A stretch of DNA of 19,334 nt, taken from contig CAXHJY010000178.1 in NCBI GenBank assembly GCA_964016885.1, positions 1 through 19,334 of the forward strand. The letters run 5' to 3'. The notes under the pieces are model-generated. The model had not been told where the DNA came from. It searched no databases and saw only the letters and a program-made list of their open reading frames with translations. Position numbers and translations under genes: made by a program. This DNA is from Eledone cirrhosa (taxonomy: Eukaryota). Of this stretch, positions 1 through 13,028 are shown piece after piece. Each line of letters starts with the position of its first letter. Positions within the stretch are counted from its first letter, which is position 1.

Positions 1-540
1 CTCTTTATCTCTCTCTCCCTCTCTATCTCTATCTCTATCTCTATCTCCCTCTCCCTCTCTATCTCTCTCTTTATCTCTCTCTCTCTATCTCTATCTCTAT
101 CTCCCTCTCCCTCTCTATCTCTCTCTTTATCTCTGTATATGATATATTATATCTCTATCTCTCATTTACTCTTTCTTTCCTCCTTCCCTCTCTCTACATC
201 ACACATACAGACACACATACATATACGTACATACACACACGTACACACACACACACGCGCATACGCACACACACACACACACACGTACACGCTCACAGAC
301 ACACACGTACACACACAGACACACATACACACGCATGCGTACACACGTACACACACATATACACAAACGTATGCACACACATACACACACAGACACGCAT
401 ATATACACACACACAGACACATACATGTTCACCATCGCTCTCTCACAGCCCCCCCCGTCTCTCTATCTCCCTCTCTCCCTCCCCCTCTCTTTTACACTCT
501 CCCTCTCCCCCCTCTCTCCCTCTCCCTCCCTTTCTTTATC
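1..540. repeat. Low-complexity (CT/CTAT)n, (CA)-rich and pyrimidine tracts
   Basis: Simple repeats directly visible: CT/CTAT 1-135, CA-rich ~196-425, C/T-rich ~440-540. Confidence 0.95.
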
Positions 541-597
541 TTTTAATCTCTCCGTTTAACATTTCATTGATTGATATATGAACTGATATGAAATTTT

Positions 598-2700
598 ATA
601 TACACATATACACATATACACATATACACAGTGATATATACACATATACACATATACACTGTTATATATATACATATACACATATACACAGTGTTATATA
701 CACATATACACATATACACACTGTTATATACACATATACACATATACACAGTGTTATATACACATATACACAGTGATATATATATACATATACACATATA
801 CACTGTTATATATACACATATACACATATACACAGTGTTATATATATACATATACACATATACACAGTGTTATATATATACATATACACATATACACAGT
901 GTTATATATATACATATACACATGTACACTGTTATATATATACATATACACATATACACAGTGTTATATATATACATATACACATATACACAGTGTTATA
1001 TATATACATATACACATATACACAGTGTTATATATATACATATACACATATACACAGTGTTATATATATACATATACACATATACACTGTTATATATATA
1101 CATATACACATATACACAGTGTTATATATATATACATATACACATATACACAGTGTTATATATATACATATACACATATACACAGTGTTATATATATACA
1201 TATACACATATACACTGTTATATATATACATATACACATATACACAGTGTTATATATATACATATACACATATACACAGTGTTATATATATACATATACA
1301 CATATACACAGTGATATATACACATATACACTGTTATATATATACATATACACATATACACAGTGTTATATATATACATATACACATATACACAGTGTTA
1401 TATATATACATATACACATATACATAGTGATATATACACATATACACTGTTATATATATACATATACACATATACACAGTGTTATATATATACATATACA
1501 CATATACACTGTTATATATATACATATACACATATACACAGTGTTATATACACATATACACAGTGTTACATACACATATACACATATACACAGTGTTATA
1601 TACACATATACACAGTGTTACATACACATATACACATATACACAGTGTTATATACACATATACACATATACACAGTGATATATATACACATATACACATA
1701 TACACAGTGATATATACACATATACACATATACACTGTTATATATACACATATACACAGTGTTACATACACATATACACATATACACAGTGTTATATACA
1801 CATATACACATATACACAGTGTTATATACACATATACACATATACACAGTGATATATACATATACACAGTGATATATATATATATATACACAGTGATATA
1901 TACACATATACACTTATACACAGTGATATATACATATACACAGTGATATATATATATATACACAGTGATATATACATATACACAGTTATATATACACATA
2001 TACACAGTGTTATATACACATATACACAGTGATATATACACATATACACAGTGATATATATATACACAGTGATATATACACATATACACAGTGATACATA
2101 TATACACAGTGATATATACACATATACACAGTGATACATATATACACACAATCGTATATACACACACTCAGTGATATATACACATACACACAGTTATATA
2201 TACACATATACACAGTGTTATATACACATATACACAGTGATATATACACATATACACAGTGATATATATATACACAGTGATATATACATATACACAGTGA
2301 TATATATATATACACAGTGATATATACACATATACACAGTGATATATATATACACAGTGATTATACATATATATACACAGTGAAATATATATATATATAC
2401 ATATACACAGTGATATATACACATATACACAGTGATATATATATACACAGTGATATACACATATACACAGTGATATACACATATACACAGTGATATATAC
2501 ATATACACAGTTATATACATATACACAGTGACATATATATATATACACAGTGACATATATACATACACAGTTATATATACCTACACACAGTGATACATAT
2601 ATACACACAGTTGTATATACAGACACTCAGTGATATATACACATACACACAGTTATATATATACATACACAGTGATATATATATATATATACACAGTGAT
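598..2700. repeat. ~2.1-kb minisatellite, variable 18-30 bp unit CACAGTG(T/A)TATATA(TA)nCATATACACATATA
   Basis: Dozens of tandem units anchored by CACAGTG or CACTG, with variable TA/CA content. Confidence 0.95.
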
Positions 2701-3107
2701 ATATACATACACACACATACATACACTAACACACACACATACATACACTAACACACACACATACATACACTAACACACACACATACATACACTAACACAC
2801 ACACATACATACACTAACACACACATATACATACACACACACAAACATACATACACTAACACACACACATACATACACTAACACATACATACACTAACAC
2901 ACACACATACATACACACACACAAACATACATACACTAACACACATACATACACTAACACACACACATACATACACTAATACACACACATACATACACAC
3001 ACACAAACATACATACACTAACACATACACATACATACACTAACACACACACATACATACACTAACACACACACACATACATACACTAACACACACACAC
3101 ATACATA
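2701..3107. repeat. Minisatellite, ~20-24 bp unit CATACATACACTAA(CA)n
   Basis: Repeated CACTAA anchor separated by (CA)n CATACATA. Confidence 0.9.
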
Positions 3108-3184
3108 CCCCCCCCCCTTAAATCGTTATCGCTGCTTTTTTAATTATAACAATATCAATTATAGCAATTATAATTATTTAGCTT

Positions 3185-3380
3185 CTTGTTGTTGTTGTTA
3201 TAGTTGTTATTGTTTTTGTTATTGTCGATGTTGTTGTTACTGTTGTTGTTGCTGTTTGTTGTTATAGTTGTTACTGTTGTTGTTATTACTGTTGTTGTTA
3301 TTGTTGTTACTGTTGTTGTTGCTGTTTGTTGTTACTGTTGCTATTATTGTCATTGTTGTTGTTGTTATTGTTATTGTTAC
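3185..3380. repeat. Imperfect (TTG)n microsatellite
   Basis: Visible TTG/TTA/CTG triplet run. It explains the poly-Leu/Val ORF. Confidence 0.9.
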
Positions 3381-3654
3381 TAAACCCCCCCCTCTATTTG
3401 TCACCCCTTCACACACAATGATATATCGGTCCCTCCCCCCTTCCTCATCTCTCTGCTATCCTCTCATCCTTTCCCTCATCCCTCATCCTCCTCCTCCTCC
3501 ACCTCCCATCCCTCCGTGCTTTCCCTCCTCCCCCTCCCCATTCTCCTCCACCCCTCATTCTTCTCCTCTCCCCTCCCCCTCCACTGTAATCTTATCTCCA
3601 GCAGTCAGCCAATGTTTTTTATTCTTTTTATATCAAATGCTGTATCTGTATGGT

Positions 3655-4312
3655 TGTGTGTGAGTGTGTGTGTCAGTGTGTGTGTATGTGTGTCAGTGTG
3701 TGTCAGTGTGTGTACGTATATGTGTGTGTTGTCTGTGTGTATATGTGTGTCTGTTGTGCTTGTATGTGTATGTGTGTGTGTATGCATGTGTATGTGTCTG
3801 TGTGTATCTGTGTGTGTCTGTTGTGCATGTATGTGTATGTGTGTGTGTGTGTGTATGCATGTGTATGTGTCTGTCTGTGAGTACGTGTGTGTGTGTGTGT
3901 GTGTGTGTGTGTCTGCTGTGTATGTATATGTATGTGTATATGTGTGTCTGTGTGTGTGTGTATATATGTGTCTCTCTGTCTGTGTATATATATATATGTA
4001 TGTGTATGTGTACATGTGTGTGTATGTGTGTGTATGTGTGTGTATATGTGTCTCTGTGTGAGTATGTGTCAGTGTTTCTGTGTGTTTGTATATATTTATG
4101 AGTGCTTGTGTATATGTGTGTAGATGTGTATGTGTATATACGTGTGTACATGTGTATATGCGTATGTGTACGTGTGTATCTGTGTGTGCATGAGTGTAGG
4201 TATGTGAATATGTATGTGTATATATGCGTATGTGTATATGTATATATGTAGTGTCTGTGCATGTGTGTGTGTGTGTATCTGTGTGTGTGTGTGTGTGTGT
4301 GCCCGTGTGTGT
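3655..4312. repeat. Imperfect (TG)n/(TATG)n tract
   Basis: Directly visible. Confidence 0.95.
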
Positions 4313-4541
4313 ATCTATCTATCAACCTATTTATCAATCTCTATCTCTCTAGTCTATATTATAAAAGAGTTGTGTCTCCGTCTGTCTGTCCATCACACAT
4401 GTATAAGTGGAGGCAACTACTTTTTTTAAAGTTGATCTGAGAAGGGAGATAACTTATGTCATGGTTATAGTTTATTGGAAGCTTAAGAATCTACAAGAGT
4501 TAGAGGTTATAAGGTAGAGATCTGTATGAGTGGGTTGTATT

Positions 4542-4660
4542 GAGGTACCTCCTGAATTTCTGAGTTATCTGCTCTTCCAGGATACACTAGAGGCACGGGA
4601 CTTCAATAAATACATCCACAAATAAATCATAATGGGACAACATCTTCAAATGTTTCGGGT
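4542..4660 (+). pseudogene. Decayed Helitron RepHel N-terminal fragment
   Basis: Frame from 4542 reads EVPPEFLSYLLFQDTLEARDFNKYIHK*. This resembles the RepHel pattern PP..L..LL......A..F...IR.YN followed by a disrupted QM motif. Recognised from motif memory, not from an alignment. Confidence 0.55.
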
Positions 4661-4800
4661 AGCATATTGATACCAATACATATTTCAATTGATTACTTAT
4701 TATCGATTTCTATTTCTCGGGAGAAAAGTAAGAAAACACATACACACAGAGATTATGAATATATACTTATGCAGAGTTGCAGTTATTATTTACCAGCTCA

Positions 4801-4988
4801 GGGCGGTGGATTGGTAGTATCGGTAGAGGGTCGGACGCCATGCTTTGACGCATAGAGTTACGGCCCTTTCCATTCTGAGTTCAAATCCCGCCGAGGTTAA
4901 CTTTACCTTTCATCCTTACGGGGGTCGATAAAATAAAGTACCAGTAATGTACTGGGTAATTGCTGGCCTTGTGCCAAAAGTAGAAACA
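4801..4988 (+). mobile_element. Full-length tRNA-derived SINE (copy 1; core resembles the Nin/Deu-type domain)
   Basis: A box TGGTAGTATCGG (4812-4823), B box GTTCAAATCC (4879-4888), core CCTTTCATCCTTACGGGGGTCGATAAAATAAAGTACCAG. 16-bp TSD ATTATTTACCA(G/A)CTCA at 4785-4800 and 4989-5004. Five other copies in the window. Confidence 0.92.
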
Positions 4989-5217
4989 ATTATTTACCAA
5001 CTCATCTTTTCCCTGAGCAACGTCGGGTACTACTACTAGTATATATAGATTAAAAGTAAAAGTTTTGTGTGTTTTTAAATGGCCAAAATGACTCTTACAC
5101 GCAGTATCGTCTTAGTTTCATCAACACAGTCTCAGATCAAGGCACTCGTCTGACTCGTACAACTCCAAAATATGATTTAAATTTTGAAGAATGGAGTCGA
5201 CTCGATTCTTCTTCTTC

Positions 5218-5438
5218 GCTGGACAGATTTCACGAGCAAAAGCAATGGCAGGAGATCCAGGGGTACACCCCGAGCAAGATGGTTGGATAACATCCATGAG
5301 TTTTTGCTGGTCCCGCTTGGCAATCCAGCTGGATCAGTTGGAGACGGTTGCTTCTAACAGGATCACTGGAAGGAGTGTTTCAGGACTCTGTCCAGACGAT
5401 CCTCTCAGAAATAAGGGGGCGAAGAAGAGTTGAATCGA
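5218..5438 (+). mobile_element. 3' end of an RTE-clade (Rex3/Expander-like) LINE, frameshifted
   Basis: Conceptual translation across frameshifts: GRRSRGTPRARWLDNIHE / CWSRLAIQLDQLETVASNR / WKECFRTLSRRSSQK*. This matches the RTE ORF C-terminal pattern GRP..RW.D......W.RL.I....L..VA..R..W. A short GAA/GAATN tail follows. Confidence 0.7.
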
Positions 5439-5560
5439 ATGGAAATGATCATTTTTTTTTTTTATTGCAAGGGAGTTAATAGAACTCGGCTTAAACTAAA
5501 GTTGTCTTTCTTACATTACATGGAACTTTATCAAGACTACCTTACCATACTTTATACAGC

Positions 5561-5661
<101 letters not shown>

Positions 5662-5747
5662 GTAGGAGGTGAGTTTTATTGTAGTACAATAAAGCAATGC
5701 AGATATCGGATAAGAAGCACTCTACAGTTTGTAGGACTGGAGTATAC

Positions 5748-5951
5748 ATAATATAAGATCAAAAGATGGTTAAAGGAGTTCCATGTTGATATGTTGATTT
5801 AAAACTGCACTATCCACAAGTGTTTTTTAGCCTTCATATCATGTTCTCCTGTTTTATCTGATGAAAACACAAATATTATTGCATGATGATGTTTGTTTTT
5901 GAAATGCGCATAATAAAATACATGGAACTCCTTTAACCATCTTTTGATCTT

Positions 5952-5958
<7 letters not shown>
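5748..5958 (+). mobile_element. 211-bp element with perfect 39-bp inverted termini enclosing a hammerhead ribozyme (Penelope-like pLTR remnant or MITE)
   Basis: 5748-5786 ATAATATAAGATCAAAAGATGGTTAAAGGAGTTCCATGT is the exact reverse complement of 5920-5958. The right end abuts (TA)n. Confidence 0.8.
5850..5920 (+). ncRNA. Type I hammerhead ribozyme
   Basis: Stem I TGTTTTAT (5850-5857) pairs with ATAAAATA (5913-5920). Core CTGATGA (5858-5864). Stem II 5865-5880 with 5885-5900 (15 of 16 pairs, 3 G-U, GCAT loop). GAAA (5901-5904). Palindromic stem III ATGCGCAT (5904-5911). Predicted cleavage after AUA at 5912. Confidence 0.75.
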
Positions 5959-5986
<28 letters not shown>

Positions 5987-6072
5987 GTACATACACAACA
6001 TATATACACACACACACACACTCATACATACATATTTACATACATGCACACATACATACATACGTACGTACG

Positions 6073-6106
<34 letters not shown>

Positions 6107-6673
6107 CACACACTCACATAAATACTTACATACATACATACATACATTGATATATGGCTATGCATGTATGTGTGTGTATGTATATATTAATGCATGTATA
6201 TATATATTTACGTATGTATGTATGATTATATGCATGTATGTATATATATATATATGTATGTATCTATATATGTATGATGTATATATGATTATATGTATGT
6301 ATATACGTATGTATATATGTATGTATGTATGTATGCATCTATGTATGTGTGTATGTATGTATGTGTGTATGTGTGTATGTATGTATGTATGTGTGTATGT
6401 ATGTATGTATGTGTGTATGTATGTATGTGTGTATGTATATATGTATATATGTATGTATGTATGTATGTATCTGTGTATGTATGTATGTATGTATGTATGT
6501 ATGTATGTATGTATGTATGTATGTATGTATGCATGTATGTATGTGTGTACGGGTCGATAGATTGAAATTCCTGTCTATTTGCGGGTGTCAAGAACTAGGG
6601 TAGCAGGAAACTGTCAAAACAACAAAGATTTAAGGGTACCGAACGGGTGGGTCTGTTATCACCTTGTCATATC

Positions 6674-6729
<56 letters not shown>

Positions 6730-6870
6730 GTACATACACACACATAAATACATACATACCTATATAAACACATTCATACATACATACATACACACATAAA
6801 TACATACATACCTATATACACACATTCATACATACATACACACATAAATAAATACATACATACATACATA
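5959..6870. repeat. (TA)n, (CATA)n, (TATG)n and (TCTA)n microsatellite block
   Basis: Directly visible, with a short unique island at ~6549-6675. Confidence 0.9.
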
Positions 6871-7267
6871 CATGTCAGACCCTATTTATCCCTGTATATA
6901 CACCCTCCCCACTGTCATATATAATTTCCCTACACGTCACTTCTGTGTCCCCTCTACATTTCATCCTGTCACCCTACTATGTTGCCTTTCATATCTTTTC
7001 CCTTTCATCTGCATTCTTTCGCAACATCTACCCATTCCATTCGTTACCACCACATTACTACCCCCCCCCTACCCATCCCACACCCACCCACACACACCTA
7101 CCCATCCCACACCCACCCACACGCGCCTAACCCTATTCACCCACCTCACCGCCATCGCCCTACCATTAAGTACTTCAGCCACGCAGAACTACACACCTTT
7201 CGTCATTTTACTCATCATCAAGTACGTATTTACATCAACTGGAAAATTGTGACAGCCGATAGGGTAC

Positions 7268-7326
<59 letters not shown>

Positions 7327-7328
7327 TA

Positions 7329-8078
<750 letters not shown>

Positions 8079-8192
8079 GAGGCAGAAGAAGAAGAAAAAA
8101 GAGGGATAGGAAACTTGGTAAAAACAACAAAAATAACGGACCTTGGAAACTTTCGACTGAGTAAGGGCGAAGTTGGATTATTATAAAGATTA

Positions 8193-8325
8193 GAGTGGAG
8201 TGTGCAGTGTGGAGTGGAGTGTAGGTTTGATGTAAGGTGGTGTGGAGTGTGGAGTGTAGAGTGTAGAGTGTGGAGGGTGATGTGTGGAGTGTGATGTGTG
8301 GAGTGTGATGTGTGGAGTGTAGTTG
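8193..8325. repeat. Degenerate (GTGGAGT)n-type repeat
   Basis: Recurrent GTGGAGT/GTAGAGT/GTGATGT units. Confidence 0.8.
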
Positions 8326-8517
8326 TATTGTAAGGCAGTACAGAATTCCCAGTGAAACACCAGACGACATCTATGTTACTGTGAAAACCAGACGATAACT
8401 AGTGTTACACTAACAGAAAATATGAGGATTTTTATGGCAGACAATTTGTTTGACTGGCGACGGTATGTCTTATGTATCACTTATTTTGTCTTTCTTCATT
8501 TATTACATGATAAATGG

Positions 8518-8556
8518 ATGTATGTGTACGTATGTATATATATATATATATATATG

Positions 8557-8618
<62 letters not shown>

Positions 8619-8838
8619 TATATATCTATATATATCTGTGTGATTGTGTCTATGTATGTATGTGTGAATATATATGTGTGTGTGTGTGTAAGTGTGTGTA
8701 TGTATGTATATATGCATGTATTTATGTATTATATATGTATTATATATGTATTTTGCGTGCACATTTATTTGTTAATATGTACACATGCTTACATATATAC
8801 ACAGACACACACACACATATATACATATATATATATAC

Positions 8839-8906
<68 letters not shown>

Positions 8907-8951
8907 ACATACATAGTAACATACATACATTTCAATGTATTAATGATTGCA

Positions 8952-9042
<91 letters not shown>
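8518..9042. repeat. (TA)n/(TG)n/(GA)n block
   Basis: Directly visible. Confidence 0.9.
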
Positions 9043-9177
9043 TGTGTATGTGTGTATAAACACATTAAAATTCCTCATAAGTCTCCTAATACACACCGCG
9101 TTGTTACAGCAATATTTGTAAATTAATTTATTTCGTTGCCAAACGAATGCACGTCACGTAATTAAGCTGAACACTTT

Positions 9178-9266
9178 AGAAGAAGAAGAAGAAGAAGAAG
9201 AAGAAGAAGAAGAAGAAGAAGAAGAAGAAGAAGAAGAAGAAGAAGAAGAAGAAGAAGAAGAAGAAG

Positions 9267-9296
<30 letters not shown>
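9178..9296. repeat. Perfect (GAA)n tract, about 39 units
   Basis: 119 bp of uninterrupted AGA/GAA repeat. Confidence 0.97.
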
Positions 9297-9297
<1 letters not shown>

Positions 9298-9299
9298 GT

Positions 9300-9530
9300 T
9301 GTTGGTCTCGTGGATCCTAAAGATTATTTGTGTGGAGTGATTGGTTTAGCAAAGATCTCCAGAAACTCGACGTCACCTTGGTGGATGCAAAAGGGTTGAC
9401 ACGAGACCGCCAGTCATGGAGGGCAGGGCACTAGTTGACCTGGTGCGCTCTAAACACGATGCTGCTTCTGAGATCACTAACCTAAGATGATCTCAGTCTC
9501 ATCGAACGATAGCAAGAAATTGATGAAGAA
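9300..9530 (+). mobile_element. 3' end of a second RTE-like LINE
   Basis: Frame from 9333 reads WSDWFSKDLQKLDVTLVDAKGLTRDRQSWRA, preceded by a disrupted SRG-PK. This matches the RTE C-terminal pattern W.D....DL..L......A..L..DR..WR. A 9-bp stem-loop lies at 9468-9496. Confidence 0.6.
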
Positions 9531-9674
9531 GATTGGTTTAGCAAGTGATTGGTTATTTACTAATGTGGTCTGATTGATTAACCAATAGATGGCTGATTGA
9601 TCACTCCGTTGATCGATAAAGATGTGTGATTGGATAAAGAGGAACATATTGTTTGTAATATTGGAGATGTACAT

Positions 9675-9704
9675 AAGTATAAATATACTCATATACATAT
9701 ATAC

Positions 9705-9754
<50 letters not shown>

Positions 9755-10205
9755 ATATGTATATATATACATATATATATATGTATCTCTATATATATAT
9801 ATATATGTATATATATAAATATAACCAAAGATTAATATGGTGTATAGATGTATAAATAAATGCACACATATACACATGTACACATATACAAATGTAAATA
9901 TGCACATTTATACACATGTACATAGGTATGTATGTGGGTGTGTGTATGTGTGTGCTTATTTGTATGTGTATGTGGATGTGTTTGTGTGTGTGTATATGTG
10001 TATTTTTGTGTGTGTATGTGTATTATGTGTATATGTATATATATATATATGTATGCAATTTAATATATATGTGTAGATGGCTTTGGGTGTATGTGTGTGT
10101 TCGTGTGTATATATGTATGTGAAGATGTGTGTGTGTGTATGTATGTGTGTATGTATGTATGTATATATGTATGTATATGTGTGTGTATGTATATGTGTGT
10201 GTATG
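9675..10205. repeat. TA/TG-rich low-complexity block
   Basis: Directly visible. Confidence 0.85.
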
Positions 10206-10280
10206 TAATAGAAAAAGCTGTGTAAGAGATAAAAGCTGTCAGTTTGTGTAATCATCTCATTAAATGTCATATTTAGAACT

Positions 10281-10480
10281 CACATACATATATACATACA
10301 TAACACACATACATATATACATACATAACACACATACATATATACATACATAACACACATACATATATACATACATAACACACATACATATATACATACA
10401 TAACACACATACATATATACATACATAACACACATACATATATACATACATAACACACATACATATATACATACATAACA
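10281..10480. repeat. Eight perfect tandem copies of the 25-bp unit CACATACATATATACATACATAACA
   Basis: Exact 25-bp periodicity from 10281. Confidence 0.95.
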
Positions 10481-10571
10481 CACATACATACATGCATACA
10501 TACATACATACATAACATACACATACATACACAGGCATACTCACACACACCTTATCATATATATATATATG

Positions 10572-10620
<49 letters not shown>

Positions 10621-10638
10621 GTACATATATATATATAC

Positions 10639-10691
<53 letters not shown>

Positions 10692-10766
10692 TAAATATAT
10701 ACCAATAATAGCCAATAGTTCCTTATACATACATGTGTGTGTGTGCATGCGTGTATATCCCCCCCC

Positions 10767-10840
<74 letters not shown>

Positions 10841-10964
10841 ATGTGTCCCTATGTGTATGTGTGTGTATGTAGCCAGCAGGGGTCTATACAGCTGAAACAG
10901 ATGGACCCCAGTAATTTGGCAGTGAACAATTAGAGTGTACTACATATGGAAGTATGAAGGAAGT

Positions 10965-11004
<40 letters not shown>

Positions 11005-11016
<12 letters not shown>

Positions 11017-11905
11017 AGTGTGTAGTAAGTGTCTGTGTGTGTATATATAGTCACACACACACACAGTCATATATACATATATATATGTGTGTGTGTGAGT
11101 GTCTGTGTGTGTGTATATAGTCACACACACACACAGTCATATATACATATATATGTGTGTGTGTGAGTGTGTAGTAAGTGTCTGTGTGTGTATATTTAGT
11201 CACACACACAGTCATATATACATATATATATATGTGTGTGTGTGAGTGTGTAGTAAGTGTCTGTGTGTGTATATATAGTCACACACACACACAGTCATAT
11301 ATACATATATATATGTGTGTGTGTGAGTGTCTGTGTGTGTATATATAGTCACACACACACAGTCATATATACATATATATATATATGTGTGTGTGTGAGT
11401 GTGTAGTAAGTGTCTGTGTGTGTATATATAGCCACACACACACACAGTCATATATACATATATATATGTGTGTGTGTGAGTGTCTGTGTGTGTATATATA
11501 GTCACACACACACAGTCATATATACATATATATATGTGTGTGTGTGAGTGTGTAGTAAGTGTCTGTGTGTGTATATATAGTCACACACACACACAGTCAT
11601 ATATACATATATATATGTGTGTGTGTGAGTGTCTGTGTGTGTGTATATAGTCACACACACACACAGTCATATATACATATATATGTGTGTGTGTGTGAGT
11701 GTGTAGTAAGTGTCTGTGTGTGTATATATAGCCACACACACACAGTCATATATACATATATATGTGTGTGTGTGTGAGTGTGTAGTAAGTGTCTGTGTGT
11801 GTATATATAGCCACACACACACAGTCATATATACATATATATGTGTGTGTGTGTGAGTGTGTAGTAAGTGTCTGTGTGTGTATATATAGCCACACACACA
11901 CACAG
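11005..11905. repeat. Minisatellite of 12 units (~68-82 bp) in long and short variants
   Basis: Unit (TG)nAGTG[TGTAGTAAGTG]TC(TG)n(TA)nG(T/C)(CA)nGTCATATATACA(TA)n. The bracketed part is absent in 4 units. Confidence 0.9.
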
Positions 11906-12076
11906 TATAGGCTGACATTAACAATATTAGTGTACAGTTGAATAAACAGATGTTAACATGCTTAGATGAGTAAGTAAATAATGTCTGTGGTTAAATAAAC
12001 ATTGCGTGTGTAGTTGTATATATGTATGTGTGTATACATACACACATACACACGCATATATATATACACACACACT

Positions 12077-12128
<52 letters not shown>

Positions 12129-12152
12129 CACATATATATATATGTGACTATA

Positions 12153-12242
<90 letters not shown>

Positions 12243-12276
12243 CTGCAGTATACATTCAGGTCATTACCCACCCACC

Positions 12277-12348
<72 letters not shown>

Positions 12349-12365
12349 ATATATATGTAAATATT

Positions 12366-12403
<38 letters not shown>

Positions 12404-12423
12404 AATATTTGTATGTGTGTGTA

Positions 12424-12468
<45 letters not shown>

Positions 12469-12738
12469 AATATGAGAGAGGTGATGGTCACGGCAGGAGA
12501 TGTGAGAGGGGGGCTGTAGACGGCAGTAATACGATGTAGAGTCTCGAACATTCCGTCTGTGACATTGTTTGGTGTAGGAGACACAAAGGAATAGCGAAGG
12601 GGAGGAGGAGGAGAAGGAGGAGGAGGTTATGGAACACACCCACTTACACACATACGTATATATGTACACACACACTCTCACAAAAACACACACACTCACA
12701 AACACACACACACGTATGTATATATATATATATATATA

Positions 12739-13028
12739 ACGAAGGGGGTGTGGTAAGGAACCAGGTGGACCATAACGCACCAGAGTACTCAATACTTAGG
12801 GTAGTAGAGTGGGTAATAGGAAAAAGTATGACCCCGACGGCAGAGCTCAAGCCTGTTTCGACGGCTATTTCTGGACTCAGAAATAGCTGGAGTCCAGAAA
12901 TAGCCGTCGAATCGGCTTGAGCTCTGCCGTCGGGGTCATACTTTTTCCTATTACCCACTCTACTACGCTAAGTATTGAGTACTCTGGTGCGCTATGGTCC
13001 ATCTGGTTCCTTACCACAATTCCTTTGT
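12739..13028. mobile_element. Fold-back element family, locus B: ~140-bp arms around an 11-bp spacer, inserted in (TA)n
   Basis: 12739-12878 is nearly the reverse complement of 12890-13028. Spacer AGAAATAGCTG. (TA)n on both sides. Confidence 0.92.

Larger units (their letters stand above)
4353..5039 (+). mobile_element. Non-autonomous Helitron (5' end uncertain, 4338-4353) with a nested SINE
   Basis: 5' TCTATATTATAAAAG followed by GTCTGTCTGTC. 3' hairpin CCC(T)GA-GCAACG-TCGGG (5011-5027), then CTAG (5036-5039) followed by T, the standard Helitron 3' end. Internal RepHel-like relic at 4542-4625. Confidence 0.7.

Noticed and set aside
3268-3663. Poly-Leu/Val ORF resembling a signal peptide or TM protein
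   Set aside because: It is produced by the (TTG)n and (CCT)n microsatellites.
139-4337. Many long overlapping ORFs rich in Y/I/H/T or V/C/M (also throughout 5900-13800 and 18500-18960)
   Set aside because: They are translations of dinucleotide-based repeats that lack stop codons, with no protein-like complexity or splice support.
5069-5433. Two complex-looking ORFs
   Set aside because: They are better explained as frameshifted pieces of an RTE LINE 3' end.
6873-7254. TGTCA...TGACA bounded segment resembling a solo LTR
   Set aside because: There is only a 5-bp inverted match, no target-site duplication and no second copy in the window.
10879-10915. GGGGTCTAT/ATGGACCCC hairpin and possible micro-exon (CAG|...|GTAATT)
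   Set aside because: There is no polypyrimidine tract, and the single short stem is compatible with chance.
12890-12925. AGTCCAGAAA followed by an AGCCG/CGGCT hairpin, as the 3' half of a hammerhead
   Set aside because: No CUGANGA is present and no UH cleavage site closes stem III. A link to Penelope-like repeats remains possible but is unsupported here.
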